Shown one piece after another: positions 53,865-64,000 of a stretch of DNA of 64,000 bases (position 1 is the first letter of the stretch; each line of letters opens with the position of its first letter). Made by a program: the position numbers and the translations under genes. The notes beneath the pieces were generated by a model. The model saw only the letters and a program-made list of their open reading frames with translations, had not been told where the DNA came from and did no database searches. Source of the DNA: an uncultured Bacilli bacterium (GTDB lineage Bacteria > Bacillota_I > Bacilli_A > RF39 > UBA660); the NCBI GenBank assembly GCA_958421325.1, contig CATZLO010000002.1:529-64528 (forward strand), read 5' to 3'.

Positions 53865-54917
53865 GTGAATTTCGTGAAAAAGAAAAAGGGAAAAAGAATT
53901 GTTTTTATTATATTTATTATTCTTTTGCTAACTTTAGTAGGTGGTGCTTATTATTATTTTATTTATCTTGGTAATGATATTCCTTTAGTTGAAAAAAAGG
54001 AGGAGTTGAGTGTTTATGATGTTAATAGTAATAAACGTCCTATTGCTGTTATGATTGATAACAATGTAGAGAATGATGAGCAAGTAGGGTTACAAGATGC
54101 TTATTTAACTTATGAGATAATAGTAGAAGGTGGGCTAACTCGTATAATGGCTATTTATAAAGATGTTGATACTGGTGTTATTGGACCAGTTAGAAGTAGT
54201 AGACATTACTTTTTAGATTATGCTCTTGAAAATGATGCTATTTATGCTCATTATGGATGGAGTATGTATGCTCAAAATGACATAAAAGCTTTAGGTGTTA
54301 ATAATATTAATGGACTTTATGATGATGCTTTTTATAGAGATAGTAGTATAGTAGCGCCTCATAATGTTTTCACTAGTATTGATAATTTATATTTAGTGGC
54401 AGAAGAACTTGGTTATGATACTACATCTGATAGTTACGAAAACTTAAATTATGTTACTAAAAAAGTAGATTTAGAGAAAACTGATAAATTACAAAATTGT
54501 GATGGTGATAATTGTAGTTTAGAAGGAACTGCTTTAACTAATATTGAGATACCTTATTCTAATAGTGAGGTTAGAAGTTATACTTATGATAGTGAGAAAG
54601 GTTATTATTTACGTTATATGAATGGTATTGCCCATACTGATAGGGATGGTGGCGAACAATATCATTATAAAAATATAATTATTATGAAAGTAGATAATAG
54701 TACTCTTGATGATTATGGTAGGCAAGATTTAGATACAGTAGGTAGTGGGGAAGGCTATTATATTACTAATGGTTATATGATGCCTATTACTTGGGAGAAA
54801 GATTCTAGAAGTGGTAAGACATATTATTCTTATAGTAATGGTGATGAGATAGAAGTTAGTGATGGTAATACTTTTATACAAGTAATGCCTAGTGATAGAG
54901 ATATAGTTGTTAATTAA
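53865..54917 (+). CDS. DUF3048-domain protein (YerB-like), paralog A
   Basis: N-terminal TM/signal. RPIAVMIDN..GLQDAYLTYEIIVEGGLTRIMAIYKD..GPVRSSRHYFLDYA. The start may be GTG 53874. Confidence 0.7.
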   Translation: MNFVKKKKGKRIVFIIFIILLLTLVGGAYYYFIYLGNDIPLVEKKEELSVYDVNSNKRPIAVMIDNNVENDEQVGLQDAYLTYEIIVEGGLTRIMAIYKDVDTGVIGPVRSSRHYFLDYALENDAIYAHYGWSMYAQNDIKALGVNNINGLYDDAFYRDSSIVAPHNVFTSIDNLYLVAEELGYDTTSDSYENLNYVTKKVDLEKTDKLQNCDGDNCSLEGTALTNIEIPYSNSEVRSYTYDSEKGYYLRYMNGIAHTDRDGGEQYHYKNIIIMKVDNSTLDDYGRQDLDTVGSGEGYYITNGYMMPITWEKDSRSGKTYYSYSNGDEIEVSDGNTFIQVMPSDRDIVVN

Positions 54918-54933
54918 TAGGGGGGGTTGGTTT

Positions 54934-55155
54934 ATGGGAATGGCAGATAAAATGAAAGAAAAGGCTTTGCCTGCTACTAGTGTGGTAAGGTCAAGTAAAG
55001 TTTTAAAAAGTATTGATAAAGCAGATGAGTTTGAATTGAAGAATGCTAATGAACTTGTTACTTTACAGAATAGAAGGGAAGATATTGCTAGTACAGAGAC
55101 TTTTAAAGGGTATAAATCTATGGAAAGTTCTTATGTAAAAAAACTAGTTAGGTAA
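54934..55155 (+). CDS. Hypothetical small protein
   Basis: ATG 54934 follows a G7 run acting as SD. Originally followed by a terminator that is now split by IS3. Confidence 0.4.
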   Translation: MGMADKMKEKALPATSVVRSSKVLKSIDKADEFELKNANELVTLQNRREDIASTETFKGYKSMESSYVKKLVR

Positions 55156-55172
55156 TAATAAAAGACTATCTA

Positions 55173-56625
55173 TGAACTGAACCCCAAAAGTTGGACAGTT
55201 TATAAATAGCTTCTAATAAGAGGATTGTAGCCTGTAATTTACAGGAGACAGTCCTTTTAATTTCACTTTAATTCTATCATGATTATAATAATAAATATAG
55301 TCATTTATCGCAATTATTAAATCATCAATAGTTTTGTAGTTATTTTCTTGGTCATAAAACATTTTTGTTTTTAAGAGTCCAAAAAAGTTTTCCATTAATC
55401 CATTATACATACTATTACCTTTTCTGGACATGCTTTGTTTAATACCTTTATTTTTTAATTGTTTTTGATAAGACTGATGTTGATATTGCCATCCTTGATC
55501 TGAATGAAATATTAAATCTTCTAAATCTTTATCATCTGTTTTACAAAATGCTTTATTAAGCATATCATTTATTTGTTCTAAATTAGGAGACTTAGAAATA
55601 TTATGAGAAATTACTTCCTGATTAAATCCATCAATTATTGGAGATAAATAAATTTTTTCTCCACGTAAGTTAAATTCAGTTACATCGGTATACCATTTTT
55701 CATTTGGTTTATCTGCTTCAAAATCTCTTTCAATAAGATTATCAGCAATTTTTCCAACTGTTCCCTTATAAGAAGAATATTTTCTTTTATTCCTTTTTAA
55801 TGGCTTTAATCCTAATTTAACCATTATTCTATAAACCTTCTTATGGTTTACATCATATCCTTGATTTCTTAATTCTAAAGTAATTCTACGATAGCCATAT
55901 CTTTCTTTATGTTGCAAGAATATTTCTTTTATCTTATCTATAATTTCTTTATTTTTATCATCTTTATCTGTTTTAGATAAAGTATAATAATATACTGATT
56001 TAGCTAAACCAGAAATACTAAGAAGAATCTTTAAGGGATATATTAGCCGAAGTTCACTAACAACACTTACTTTTTCTTCTGTTGTCGATTCTTCCTTGCC
56101 TGAACAACGGCTCTCAATTTTTTTGAGTATTCTAGCTCAGCTTTCAAATATAAATTTTCTTTTTTTAATCTTTCAACTTCTTCTTCAATAGTTTCAGATT
56201 TTTTAGCTTCTTTTGGCTTCTTCATAATAGTTGGACTCCTTCCACGTTTTCGTTCAACTATATTATAACCGTTTTCTTTATATTTTTTAATCCAATTATG
56301 CAACATTCCATCACTTAATAAGCCGATGTCTATAGCAACAGCTTGAATTGGTTCATTATCTATTAAAACTCTATTTATTGCTTCTTCTTTAAATTGTCTT
56401 GGATATTCTTTATTTTTGGTTGTTCTAAGAATATCAAACCCATGTTTATCTATTAGCCATACTAAATATTGAATATTGTGTTTAGTCATCCCATATTTGG
56501 ATTGTAAAATTTTTAAAGTTTCTCTTTCTTTTCTTTTGTTATATATTTCTATTTTCTCTTCATAATTAAATTTTGACATATAAAAACCTCGTTTCTATTT
56601 TGTCCAAGAAACGGGGTTCATATCA
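55173..56625 (-). mobile_element. IS3-family insertion sequence, apparently intact, with 3-bp target duplication CTA
   Basis: Ends TGAACTGAACCCC..TTGGACA / TGTCCAA..GGGGTTCATATCA (TG..CA). CTA at 55170-55172 and 56626-56628. 1453 bp. Confidence 0.85.
55213..56579 (-). CDS. IS3 transposase OrfA/OrfAB (-1 frameshift near the orfA stop)
   Basis: orfA 56067-56579 (HTH, leucine zipper). The orfB frame is open from about 56085 and carries the DDE region (..WYTDVTEF.., ..HSDQGWQY.., ..ENFFGLLK..). AAGAAAAAG at the orfA end. Confidence 0.85.
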
Positions 56626-56791
56626 CTATGGATTATTATAGATAGTCACTTTTTTCGTTCCCGTTTTGGTTGGGAACACCACTTTTTAATTATGCTTATA
56701 ATGTATTATATTTTTCGATACTTTGTAAATAGTATATTTTTTTGTCAAGTATTGGAAACTTTAAGGTAAAAGTTTAATTATTCTTTATTAT

Positions 56792-57898
56792 ATGGTAAAA
56801 TTTAGGTGGGTGGTAGTCGTGAGAAAGCTAAAGTCTTTAGGAGAAGTTAGAATTAAGCCTAAAAGTAATAAAAAGAAAATAATTATAATTAGTGTTATTA
56901 GTGGAGCATTACTTTTAATATTAATAGGTCTTTTCTATTTTTTGTTGTCTATCAATGATAGTAATTCTAAGAAAAAAGATAAGGTAAAAATAGATGATGC
57001 TAGTACTATAGAGAAGAAGAGTTTAACTGTTTATGATGTTAATAGTAATAAACGTCCTATTGCTATTATGATAGATAATAATGTTGGTAATAATGCTCAT
57101 GTAGGATTACAAGATGCTTATTTAACTTATGAAATAATAGTTGAAGGTGGTTTGACTCGAATAATGGCTATTTTTAAAGATGTTAATACTAGTGTAATTG
57201 GACCTGTTAGAAGTAGTAGGCATTATTTTTTAGATTATGCTCTTGAGAGTGATGCAATTTATGCTCATTATGGTTGGAGTACTTTTGCCCAAAATGATAT
57301 TAGAACTTTAGGGGTTAATAATATAAATGGACTTTATGATGATGGCTATTATCGTAACTACAATATTGCAGCACCTCATAATGTTTTTACTAATATAGAA
57401 AATTTATATAATGTTGCTGCTAGTAAAGGCTATAGTACGGCTAGTAATAATTATAACCTTTTAAATTATACTACTGATGATATTGCTTTTAATGATACAA
57501 GTGATTTATTAACTGCCAACAATATCAGTATGACATATTCTAATAGTCAAGTTAGAAGTTATACTTATGATGCTACTAATAGGTATTATTTACGTTATAT
57601 GAATAACAGTCCTCATACTGATAGAGATAGTGGGGAAGGGTATCATTATAAGAATATAATTATTATGAAAGTTAATAACTATACTTTAGATAGTTATGGT
57701 AGACAAGATTTAGATACTGTAGGTAATGGGGAAGGTTATTATATTACTAATGGATATGCTATACCTATTACTTGGAGTAAAGCTTCTAGAAGTGATAAAA
57801 CTAATTATTATTATAAGCGTGGAAATGAGTTAGTGGTTGCTGATGGTAATACAATGATACAGGTAGTACCACTTAATAGTAATATTACATTTAGTTAG
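56792..57898 (+). CDS. DUF3048-domain protein (YerB-like), paralog B
   Basis: Central 250 aa are near-identical in pattern to paralog A. The start may be GTG about 56819. Confidence 0.7.
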   Translation: MVKFRWVVVVRKLKSLGEVRIKPKSNKKKIIIISVISGALLLILIGLFYFLLSINDSNSKKKDKVKIDDASTIEKKSLTVYDVNSNKRPIAIMIDNNVGNNAHVGLQDAYLTYEIIVEGGLTRIMAIFKDVNTSVIGPVRSSRHYFLDYALESDAIYAHYGWSTFAQNDIRTLGVNNINGLYDDGYYRNYNIAAPHNVFTNIENLYNVAASKGYSTASNNYNLLNYTTDDIAFNDTSDLLTANNISMTYSNSQVRSYTYDATNRYYLRYMNNSPHTDRDSGEGYHYKNIIIMKVNNYTLDSYGRQDLDTVGNGEGYYITNGYAIPITWSKASRSDKTNYYYKRGNELVVADGNTMIQVVPLNSNITFS

Positions 57899-57906
57899 GG
57901 GGACTT

Positions 57907-60426
57907 ATGAAGAGTTTAAGTAAACATAAAAATGATATTATAAATATTTTAACTTTAATTATAATTAGTTTAGTTATTGTATTAGTACTTGTTAACTTTA
58001 CTAATTTTTTTGGCTCTAAGAAAGATTGGATAAGTCAACACGTTATGTTTCCTGATTATTTAAGGAAGCTATTTTATGATACAGGTGATATTTTTCCTAA
58101 TTTTGCTTTTAACCTTGGAGGGGGCCAAAATATCTATAATATTTCTTATTATGGACTTTTTAATCCTATTATTTTAATTTCTTATTTATTACCTTTTGTA
58201 TCTATGATTACTTATATAGAGCTTAGTATGATTGTTTGTCTAATAGTAAGTATTATTTTAATGTATTATTTTTTAAGAAGAAGATTTGATTTGAAAGTAA
58301 GTTTTGTTAGTACTTTGTTATTTTTAACGGCAGGATGTTTTATCTTTCATCTACACAGACATATTATGTTTGTAGATTATATGCCTTTTTTACTTATGGC
58401 TTTAATAGGTGTTGATAAATATTTTGATAAGAAAAAAATAACTTTATTAGTTATAGCTATCTTCTTAATGATTTTAACTAGTTATTATTTTAGCGTTGTA
58501 GGATTAGTTTGTGTTTTACTTTATGGTATTTTTAGATATATAGAAGATAAAAGATGTGATAAAATTGCAGTAAAAGATTTCTTTAGGGAAGGCTTTAAGT
58601 TTATCTTTATAATGTTAATACCAGTGTTTTTGAGTTGTTTCCTTTTACTGCCAACAGCTTATTCATTACTTGATGGTAGAACTGCTACTAATAAAAGTAT
58701 TTCATTACTTGGATTGTTTATTCCCAATTTTGATATTTCTAATACTTTGTATTCATCTTATTCTTTAGGGCTTAGTGCTATTTTTATAATAGCTTTAATA
58801 TATGGAATCATTACTAAAGAACGTGCAGTCAAAGTAATTAGTATAATCTTTAGTGTTTTGTTGGTTTTTCCTATTTTTGATTATGTATTTAATGGAGGTA
58901 TGTATTTAAATGGTAAAGCTTTTATACCAATAATACCTCTTGCAATTCTTTTAATTAGTTATTTTCTTAAGAATGTTTTTAATAATAAGAATAAATTAAA
59001 GATAAGTATTATTATTTCTTTAATAGTTGTAGTTATTAATCTTCTTGTTTTCGTTTATAAAGAACAGAACTTATGTTTATTGTTTGTTGTTGATATGGTT
59101 CTTTTGATTATATTTTTATTAATTGGTTATAAGTTAGAGAAGAAGATAATCCTTCATATCTATCTTGGAGTTATGTCTTTAGTTTTAGTTATTCCAACTA
59201 ACTTTTCAGATACCTTTGTAACTAAAGAGTTTTATGATACTTTAGATTATAGAGAAACTAATAATATAGTAAAACAAGTATTAGATAAGGATAATAGTTT
59301 TTATAGGATGAGTGATCAAAGTGATAAGTTAAATAAGGCAAATTATATTTATAATATAGATTATTATACGGGTAGTATTTATTCTTCGTTATCTAACTCT
59401 TATTATAAGGATTTTTATAATAATTTAATTAATAATGAATTTATTTATAGAAGTTATGGTATGCTTACAGGTAATAATAATATTTTTTATAACTTTTATA
59501 TGGGTAATAAGTATTTACTTAATAGTAGTAATGGAATGATTGGGTATGATGAGATAAGTGATGGTATTTATAGGAATGAAGATGTCTTACCCATTGGATA
59601 TAGTACTAGTAAGATAATGAGTTTAGATGAATATAATAGACTTAATTATTTCGAGAAGTTAGATGCTTATTTAAACTATGCTATTGTTGATGGTGATTAT
59701 AGTGGTAGTTATGTTAAAAAGATAAAAGACTACGTTCCAGATTACAGTATTTTAGAAAATAAAAATTTAAAGATAGAAGAAAATAATGGTGAATATTTTA
59801 TTAAAGCTTTTAAAGATAATAAGTTAGTTATTAAGTTAAATAATATTAGTGATAGTGATATTTTGCTTTTAAGATTTAAGATGCTTTATGATAATAAATG
59901 TAGTGAAGATGATTCTTATATTACTATTAATGGAGTTAGTAATAAACTTACTTGTAGAAGTTGGAAGTATCATAATAATAATTATGATTTTGAATATTCT
60001 TTGAGTGGTAATGATAATTTAGAGATTACTTTTAGTGAAGGTAAATTTAAGTTATCTAATCCTTCTTTTGCTATCTATAATTATAATGATTTAACATCTA
60101 TTAATGATGAAATATCTCCTTTTGTTATTGATAGAGATAAGACTAAAGGTGATGTTATAGAAGGTAGTATTAATGTAAAAGATGATGGTTACTTTAAGCT
60201 GTCTATTCCTTATGATAAAGGTTTTGAAATATATGTAGATGGTAAAAATACTCCTTATGAAGTTGTTAACAAGAGCTTTATTGGCTTTAAGATAAATGAA
60301 GGTAGTCATGATATTAGAATTGTTTATGTCTCTCCTTTATTTAAAGAAGGATTAGTTATATCGGGCGTTGGTTTAGTGTTGTTTGTAGTAATTGTTATTT
60401 ATAATAGGGAAAGAAAGCAGAGTTGA
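57907..60426 (+). CDS. yfhO: YfhO-family polytopic membrane glycosyltransferase-like protein
   Basis: 839 aa, more than 12 TM segments plus a large C-terminal domain and a final TM. Typical YfhO layout. Confidence 0.7.
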   Translation: MKSLSKHKNDIINILTLIIISLVIVLVLVNFTNFFGSKKDWISQHVMFPDYLRKLFYDTGDIFPNFAFNLGGGQNIYNISYYGLFNPIILISYLLPFVSMITYIELSMIVCLIVSIILMYYFLRRRFDLKVSFVSTLLFLTAGCFIFHLHRHIMFVDYMPFLLMALIGVDKYFDKKKITLLVIAIFLMILTSYYFSVVGLVCVLLYGIFRYIEDKRCDKIAVKDFFREGFKFIFIMLIPVFLSCFLLLPTAYSLLDGRTATNKSISLLGLFIPNFDISNTLYSSYSLGLSAIFIIALIYGIITKERAVKVISIIFSVLLVFPIFDYVFNGGMYLNGKAFIPIIPLAILLISYFLKNVFNNKNKLKISIIISLIVVVINLLVFVYKEQNLCLLFVVDMVLLIIFLLIGYKLEKKIILHIYLGVMSLVLVIPTNFSDTFVTKEFYDTLDYRETNNIVKQVLDKDNSFYRMSDQSDKLNKANYIYNIDYYTGSIYSSLSNSYYKDFYNNLINNEFIYRSYGMLTGNNNIFYNFYMGNKYLLNSSNGMIGYDEISDGIYRNEDVLPIGYSTSKIMSLDEYNRLNYFEKLDAYLNYAIVDGDYSGSYVKKIKDYVPDYSILENKNLKIEENNGEYFIKAFKDNKLVIKLNNISDSDILLLRFKMLYDNKCSEDDSYITINGVSNKLTCRSWKYHNNNYDFEYSLSGNDNLEITFSEGKFKLSNPSFAIYNYNDLTSINDEISPFVIDRDKTKGDVIEGSINVKDDGYFKLSIPYDKGFEIYVDGKNTPYEVVNKSFIGFKINEGSHDIRIVYVSPLFKEGLVISGVGLVLFVVIVIYNRERKQS

Positions 60427-60477
60427 TTTTGGGTTAATAATATGATATTCTAATAGCAAGAGGAGAAATATACGCGT

Positions 60478-60714
60478 ATGGATAACAAAATAAAAACAAG
60501 TAATGATTATAGTATTTGTAATTTAACAGATTATGGAAGAGGGCTTGAACCTAAATTTGATGCAAGGACTAATTATGGTAAGGGAATTAATTATAAGGCT
60601 AAGGATGGTAAGGAATATGCAACTATGGAACAAGTTGAAGCAGTAAATAAAGCTTTTTATGATGCCTTGATGAATTCTTTACAAGAAGAGGAACAACATA
60701 AGCATCGTAGATAA
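60478..60714 (+). CDS. Hypothetical small protein
   Basis: RBS AGAGGAG upstream. No motif recognised. Confidence 0.4.
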   Translation: MDNKIKTSNDYSICNLTDYGRGLEPKFDARTNYGKGINYKAKDGKEYATMEQVEAVNKAFYDALMNSLQEEEQHKHRR

Positions 60715-60886
60715 TTATATATTGAATTCTAACATTATTTTTTAGTATATAATGATATATTAATTATGTGAGAAAAAATGTTTAATCATTTTTACAAGGG
60801 TACTATCTATTGATGGGGTCCTATTTTTTTGTTTAAATATTTACTTAACATTAAGTGTTTGATAAAATGTTAATGGAGATGATTTT

Positions 60887-61891
60887 ATGGAATTTATTGA
60901 TAAAATAAAAGTAAGAGTTAAAGATGATTTTAAGAAAATAGTTTTACCTGAATCTAATGATGTTAGAGTATTAGAGGCTGCTTCTACTATAAAAAAAGAA
61001 GCTTTCGCTGATATTATTTTAGTAGGTAAGGAAAGTGAAATAGAAAGTCTTGCTAAAGATAATAATATTGATATTAATGGTGTTACTATTATTAATCCAG
61101 ATACTTTTAGTGACAGAGAAAAGTTAATTAATGATTACTATGAATTAAGAAAACATAAAGGTATAAGTTTAGAAGGTGCTAAAAATACTATTTTAAATGA
61201 TTATGTTTATTTTGCTAATATGTTAGTTAAAGATGGCTATGCTGATGGGGTTGTGTCTGGAGCATGTCACAGTAGTGCTGATACATTAAGACCAGCTTTA
61301 CAGATAATTAAGACTAGTAAAGATACAAAAGTTGCTTCTGCTTTCTTTTTAATGGTTGTTCCTAATTGTGAATATGGTTCTAATGGAGTGTTTGTTTATT
61401 CTGATTGTGGAATGAATAGGAATCCTAGTAGTGAAGAGTTAGTAGAGATTGGAAAAGAGAGTGCTAATACTTTTAAATTCTTAGTAGAAGAAGAACCTAA
61501 TGTAGCTTTTTTATCCCATTCTACTTTTGGTTCTTCTAAATGTAGTGATGTTGATAAAGTAGTAAAGGCAGTTGAGATGGCTAAGAAAGAATATCCTGAT
61601 ATTAATTTAGATGGGGAGTTACAATTTGATGCTGCTGTTGTTCCAGAGGTTGCTAAGAGTAAAGCTCCTAATAGTAGTGTAGCAGGTAAGGCAAATGTCT
61701 TGATTTTTCCAGATTTAGATGCAGGAAATATTGGTTATAAGATTACAGAACGTCTTGCTAAAGCGAAAGCATATGGTCCTATTACCCAAGGCCTTGCTAA
61801 ACCTGTTAATGATTTATCACGTGGTTGTAATGCTAATGATATAGTAGGTGTTGTTGCTATAACTGCTTTACAAGCGATGAATAGTAAGTAG
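60887..61891 (+). CDS. pta: Phosphate acetyltransferase
   Basis: ..IVLPE..D.RVLEAA.., GADGVVSGA.HSSADTLRPALQIIKT, DLDAGNIGYKI, PVNDLSRGC. Confidence 0.9.
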   Translation: MEFIDKIKVRVKDDFKKIVLPESNDVRVLEAASTIKKEAFADIILVGKESEIESLAKDNNIDINGVTIINPDTFSDREKLINDYYELRKHKGISLEGAKNTILNDYVYFANMLVKDGYADGVVSGACHSSADTLRPALQIIKTSKDTKVASAFFLMVVPNCEYGSNGVFVYSDCGMNRNPSSEELVEIGKESANTFKFLVEEEPNVAFLSHSTFGSSKCSDVDKVVKAVEMAKKEYPDINLDGELQFDAAVVPEVAKSKAPNSSVAGKANVLIFPDLDAGNIGYKITERLAKAKAYGPITQGLAKPVNDLSRGCNANDIVGVVAITALQAMNSK

Positions 61892-61898
61892 GTGGGTT

Positions 61899-62651
61899 AT
61901 GAAGATAGTATCTTTTAATGTAGCAGGTTTTAGAGCTTGTTTAAAGAAAGGTTTTGAAGACTTTTTTGAAGAAAGTAATGTAGATGTTTATTGTTTGCAG
62001 GAAGTAAAAGCTGTTGAAAGTGAGATACCCTTTAGACCGGAAGGGTATAACTTTTATTTAAATACAGCTGATAAGAAAGGTTATTCCGGAGTAGCGGTTT
62101 ATTCTAGAGTTAAACCTCTTGATGTTGCTTATGGCATAGATGTTGATATTCATGACCATGAGGGTAGAGTTATAACACTTGAATATGATGACTTTTTCTT
62201 AGTTTGTGTGTATGTTCCTAATGTAAAGCGAGACTTGTCAAGACTTGATTATCGTATGATTTGGGAAAAAGACTTTCTTAAATATTTACAGAGTCTTGAT
62301 AAGAAAAAGCCTGTTATTGTTTGTGGAGATTTTAATGTTGCTCATAAGGAAATAGATCTTGCTAACCCTAAAGGTAATGTTGGTAATGCTGGTTTTACTA
62401 TTGAAGAACGTGATGCTTTTACAAGACTTTTAGGTGGGGGTTTTACTGATGTTTACCGTTATCTATATAAAGATAGAACTGATGCTTATACTTGGTGGAG
62501 TTATATGGGTAGAGCAAGAGAGAAGAATATAGGCTGGAGAATTGACTATTTTCTAGTGTCAAATAGATTTATAGATAGTGTAAAGGATATGAAAATTGAC
62601 AATGAAGTGTTTGGAAGTGATCACTGTCCTATAGAATTAGAAGTTATGTAA
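61899..62651 (+). CDS. xth: Exodeoxyribonuclease III (AP endonuclease)
   Basis: SFNV.G, CLQEVK, GDFNVAH, WWSY, IDYFLVS, SDHCPI. Confidence 0.9.
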   Translation: MKIVSFNVAGFRACLKKGFEDFFEESNVDVYCLQEVKAVESEIPFRPEGYNFYLNTADKKGYSGVAVYSRVKPLDVAYGIDVDIHDHEGRVITLEYDDFFLVCVYVPNVKRDLSRLDYRMIWEKDFLKYLQSLDKKKPVIVCGDFNVAHKEIDLANPKGNVGNAGFTIEERDAFTRLLGGGFTDVYRYLYKDRTDAYTWWSYMGRAREKNIGWRIDYFLVSNRFIDSVKDMKIDNEVFGSDHCPIELEVM

Positions 62652-62782
62652 AAAGTTGATATTTTGATAATTTAGAAAAAAGAAAAGATAGGAATGCTAG
62701 TATACTTAAGAAAAGCTATCATGAATTTGTAGATAGTTTTTCTTTTGGTGTGATATAATATATTTGTATTTGCAAGAAAGTA

Positions 62783-63502
62783 GTGATGCTAATGGATCAA
62801 GAGAAAATTGGTAAATTTATAAAGAAGCTTAGGAAAGATAATAATTTAACTCAAGATGAACTTGCTAAAAAGTTAGGGGTTACTTATCAAGCAGTTAGTA
62901 AATGGGAAAATGGTAAGAGTATTCCTGATATTGCAATATTAAAAACTATTAGTGAGATATTTAACGTTAATATAGATGAGTTGTTAGAGGGAACTGTTAA
63001 AGATAAGAAAAAATTAAATAAGAAAATATTTATTCCGATAACAGTTTTAGGTATTTGTCTTATAGGAATATTGGTATTTTTTGTCGTACATAAAGAAACT
63101 TATGAGTTTAAAGTGTTAGAGACTGATTCTAATGATTTTGATGTTAGTGGAGTGCTTGCTTTTTCTCCTGATAAGTCATCTATTTACATATCTAGTATTA
63201 ACTATAATAATAGTGATGATGATACGAAATATAAGAGCTTAAGTTGCAATCTTTATGATGTTAATGGAGATGCTAAGACTAGGATTAGTAGTTGTAAAAG
63301 TGATAATAGTGATGTAGAGACTCTTAAGTATTTACTTAGTAATATAGATTTTACAGTAGATGATTATGCTAGTAGTTGTAAGTTATTTAAAGATAACCAG
63401 TTAGTATTAGAGATTAATGCTACTAGTCTTGATGATAAGACTGTTACTTATGAAGTTCCTTTAGGTTTTGATGATAATTGCTTAGACTCAACTGATAGTT
63501 GA
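62783..63502 (+). CDS. XRE-family HTH protein with a TM segment and extracytoplasmic C-terminal domain
   Basis: IKKLRKDNNLTQDELAKKLGVTYQAVSKWENGKSIPD, then a TM helix. The start may be ATG 62792. Confidence 0.7.
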   Translation: MMLMDQEKIGKFIKKLRKDNNLTQDELAKKLGVTYQAVSKWENGKSIPDIAILKTISEIFNVNIDELLEGTVKDKKKLNKKIFIPITVLGICLIGILVFFVVHKETYEFKVLETDSNDFDVSGVLAFSPDKSSIYISSINYNNSDDDTKYKSLSCNLYDVNGDAKTRISSCKSDNSDVETLKYLLSNIDFTVDDYASSCKLFKDNQLVLEINATSLDDKTVTYEVPLGFDDNCLDSTDS

Positions 63503-63573
63503 GTTTTTTCAACTGGTGTTTTATTTACTTACTATTTTTCTTTAAAGTAAAATGAAACTGTGGAGGAGATTTT

Positions 63574-64000
63574 ATGAAAAAGAAAATTGTTATTATAGCT
63601 ATTATAATTATTTTAGTTTTAGGAATTTTGTTAGTCTTAAATGATTTAAGTGCTAATAATAAAGAAGTAGAGCTTGCTAGTAGTTTAATAGAGAAGGAAA
63701 GTAAATTAGAAAACGATTTTCCTACGAAACTTAAGGATATTGATAATGCTGATGTAATAGTTAATCCTTACAAGATTTCACCATTAACGGCACTTATTAT
63801 TTTTAAGACTGAGGAGGAAGTTAGTCCTAAGGTTACTATAGAAGGTGATGATGAACTTACAACTTATGAATATACTTTTAAGGAGGAAAAAGAACATTAT
63901 TTACCTATTTATGGACTTTATCCTGATAGAGATAATACTGTGGTTGTAGAATATGGTGATGTAAGAAAAGAGTTTACTATTACTACGGAAGCTTTACCAG
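63574..64000 (+). CDS. Arylsulfotransferase (ASST)-family protein, N-terminal part (3' end outside window)
   Basis: Signal/TM helix, then ..VIVNPYKISPLTALIIFKT..HYLPIYGLYPDRDNTVVV.. resembling the Arylsulfotran_N domain. Open to the window edge. Confidence 0.5.
   Translation, partial: MKKKIVIIAIIIILVLGILLVLNDLSANNKEVELASSLIEKESKLENDFPTKLKDIDNADVIVNPYKISPLTALIIFKTEEEVSPKVTIEGDDELTTYEYTFKEEKEHYLPIYGLYPDRDNTVVVEYGDVRKEFTITTEALP

Noticed and set aside
54920-54926. G7 run upstream of 54934 as a second phase-variable tract.
   Set aside because: It lies at SD distance from the ATG and is most simply a G-rich ribosome-binding site. There is no evidence of variability.
1-64000. CRISPR arrays, rRNA genes, reverse transcriptase/retron or DGR signatures.
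   Set aside because: No regularly spaced direct repeats, no rRNA-like sequence and no RT motifs (YxDD) were seen in any ORF on inspection.

Overview
Very AT-rich Bacillota (Firmicutes) chromosome from an apparent spore-former. Core genes sit at both ends: an ezrA 3' part, small membrane proteins and an ABC exporter on the left; two DUF3048 paralogs, yfhO, pta, xth, an XRE-TM protein and an arylsulfotransferase N-terminus on the right. About 48 kb of stacked accessory DNA lies between them. (1) A type II m5C restriction-modification pair (5140-7232). (2) A decayed ISL3 element (about 7843-9308) inserted into a gene remnant. (3) A roughly 10.6-kb integrative element (about 9309-19983) abutting tRNA-Trp. 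It carries a large serine recombinase coupled to a catalytically degenerate resolvase-fold partner, a small resolvase, an HUH Rep-like protein, HTH regulators, and three minus-strand cargo cassettes (ApeA-like HEPN protein, ADP-ribosylglycohydrolase, membrane protein) separated by a repeated terminator/promoter junction. (4) A complete roughly 33-kb cos/HNH siphovirus-type prophage (20588-53588) inserted inside the germination cortex-lytic enzyme gene cwlJ. Both halves of cwlJ are readable at the junctions, an 8-bp core (CCTCCAGG) is shared, attP reconstructs as a quasi-palindrome, and a large serine integrase sits at attL. This is the skin/SPbeta-style arrangement of a sporulation-gene intervening element. 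(5) An IS3-family element (55173-56625) with a CTA target duplication, inserted in a terminator hairpin between the two DUF3048 paralogs. Smaller signals: a three-site operator set at the CI/Cro switch; two tyrosine recombinases in the phage early region; a tail G/GT -1 frameshift site on an A9 run; a G8 tract and a triplet of about 140-aa tail-tip genes (one frameshifted); a promoter-to-terminator antisense sRNA candidate over a small basic ORF at the prophage right end; and a degenerate second copy of the tRNA-Trp promoter and 5' half. No CRISPR array or rRNA was seen. All family calls rest on motifs read by eye and recalled family features, with no database search.
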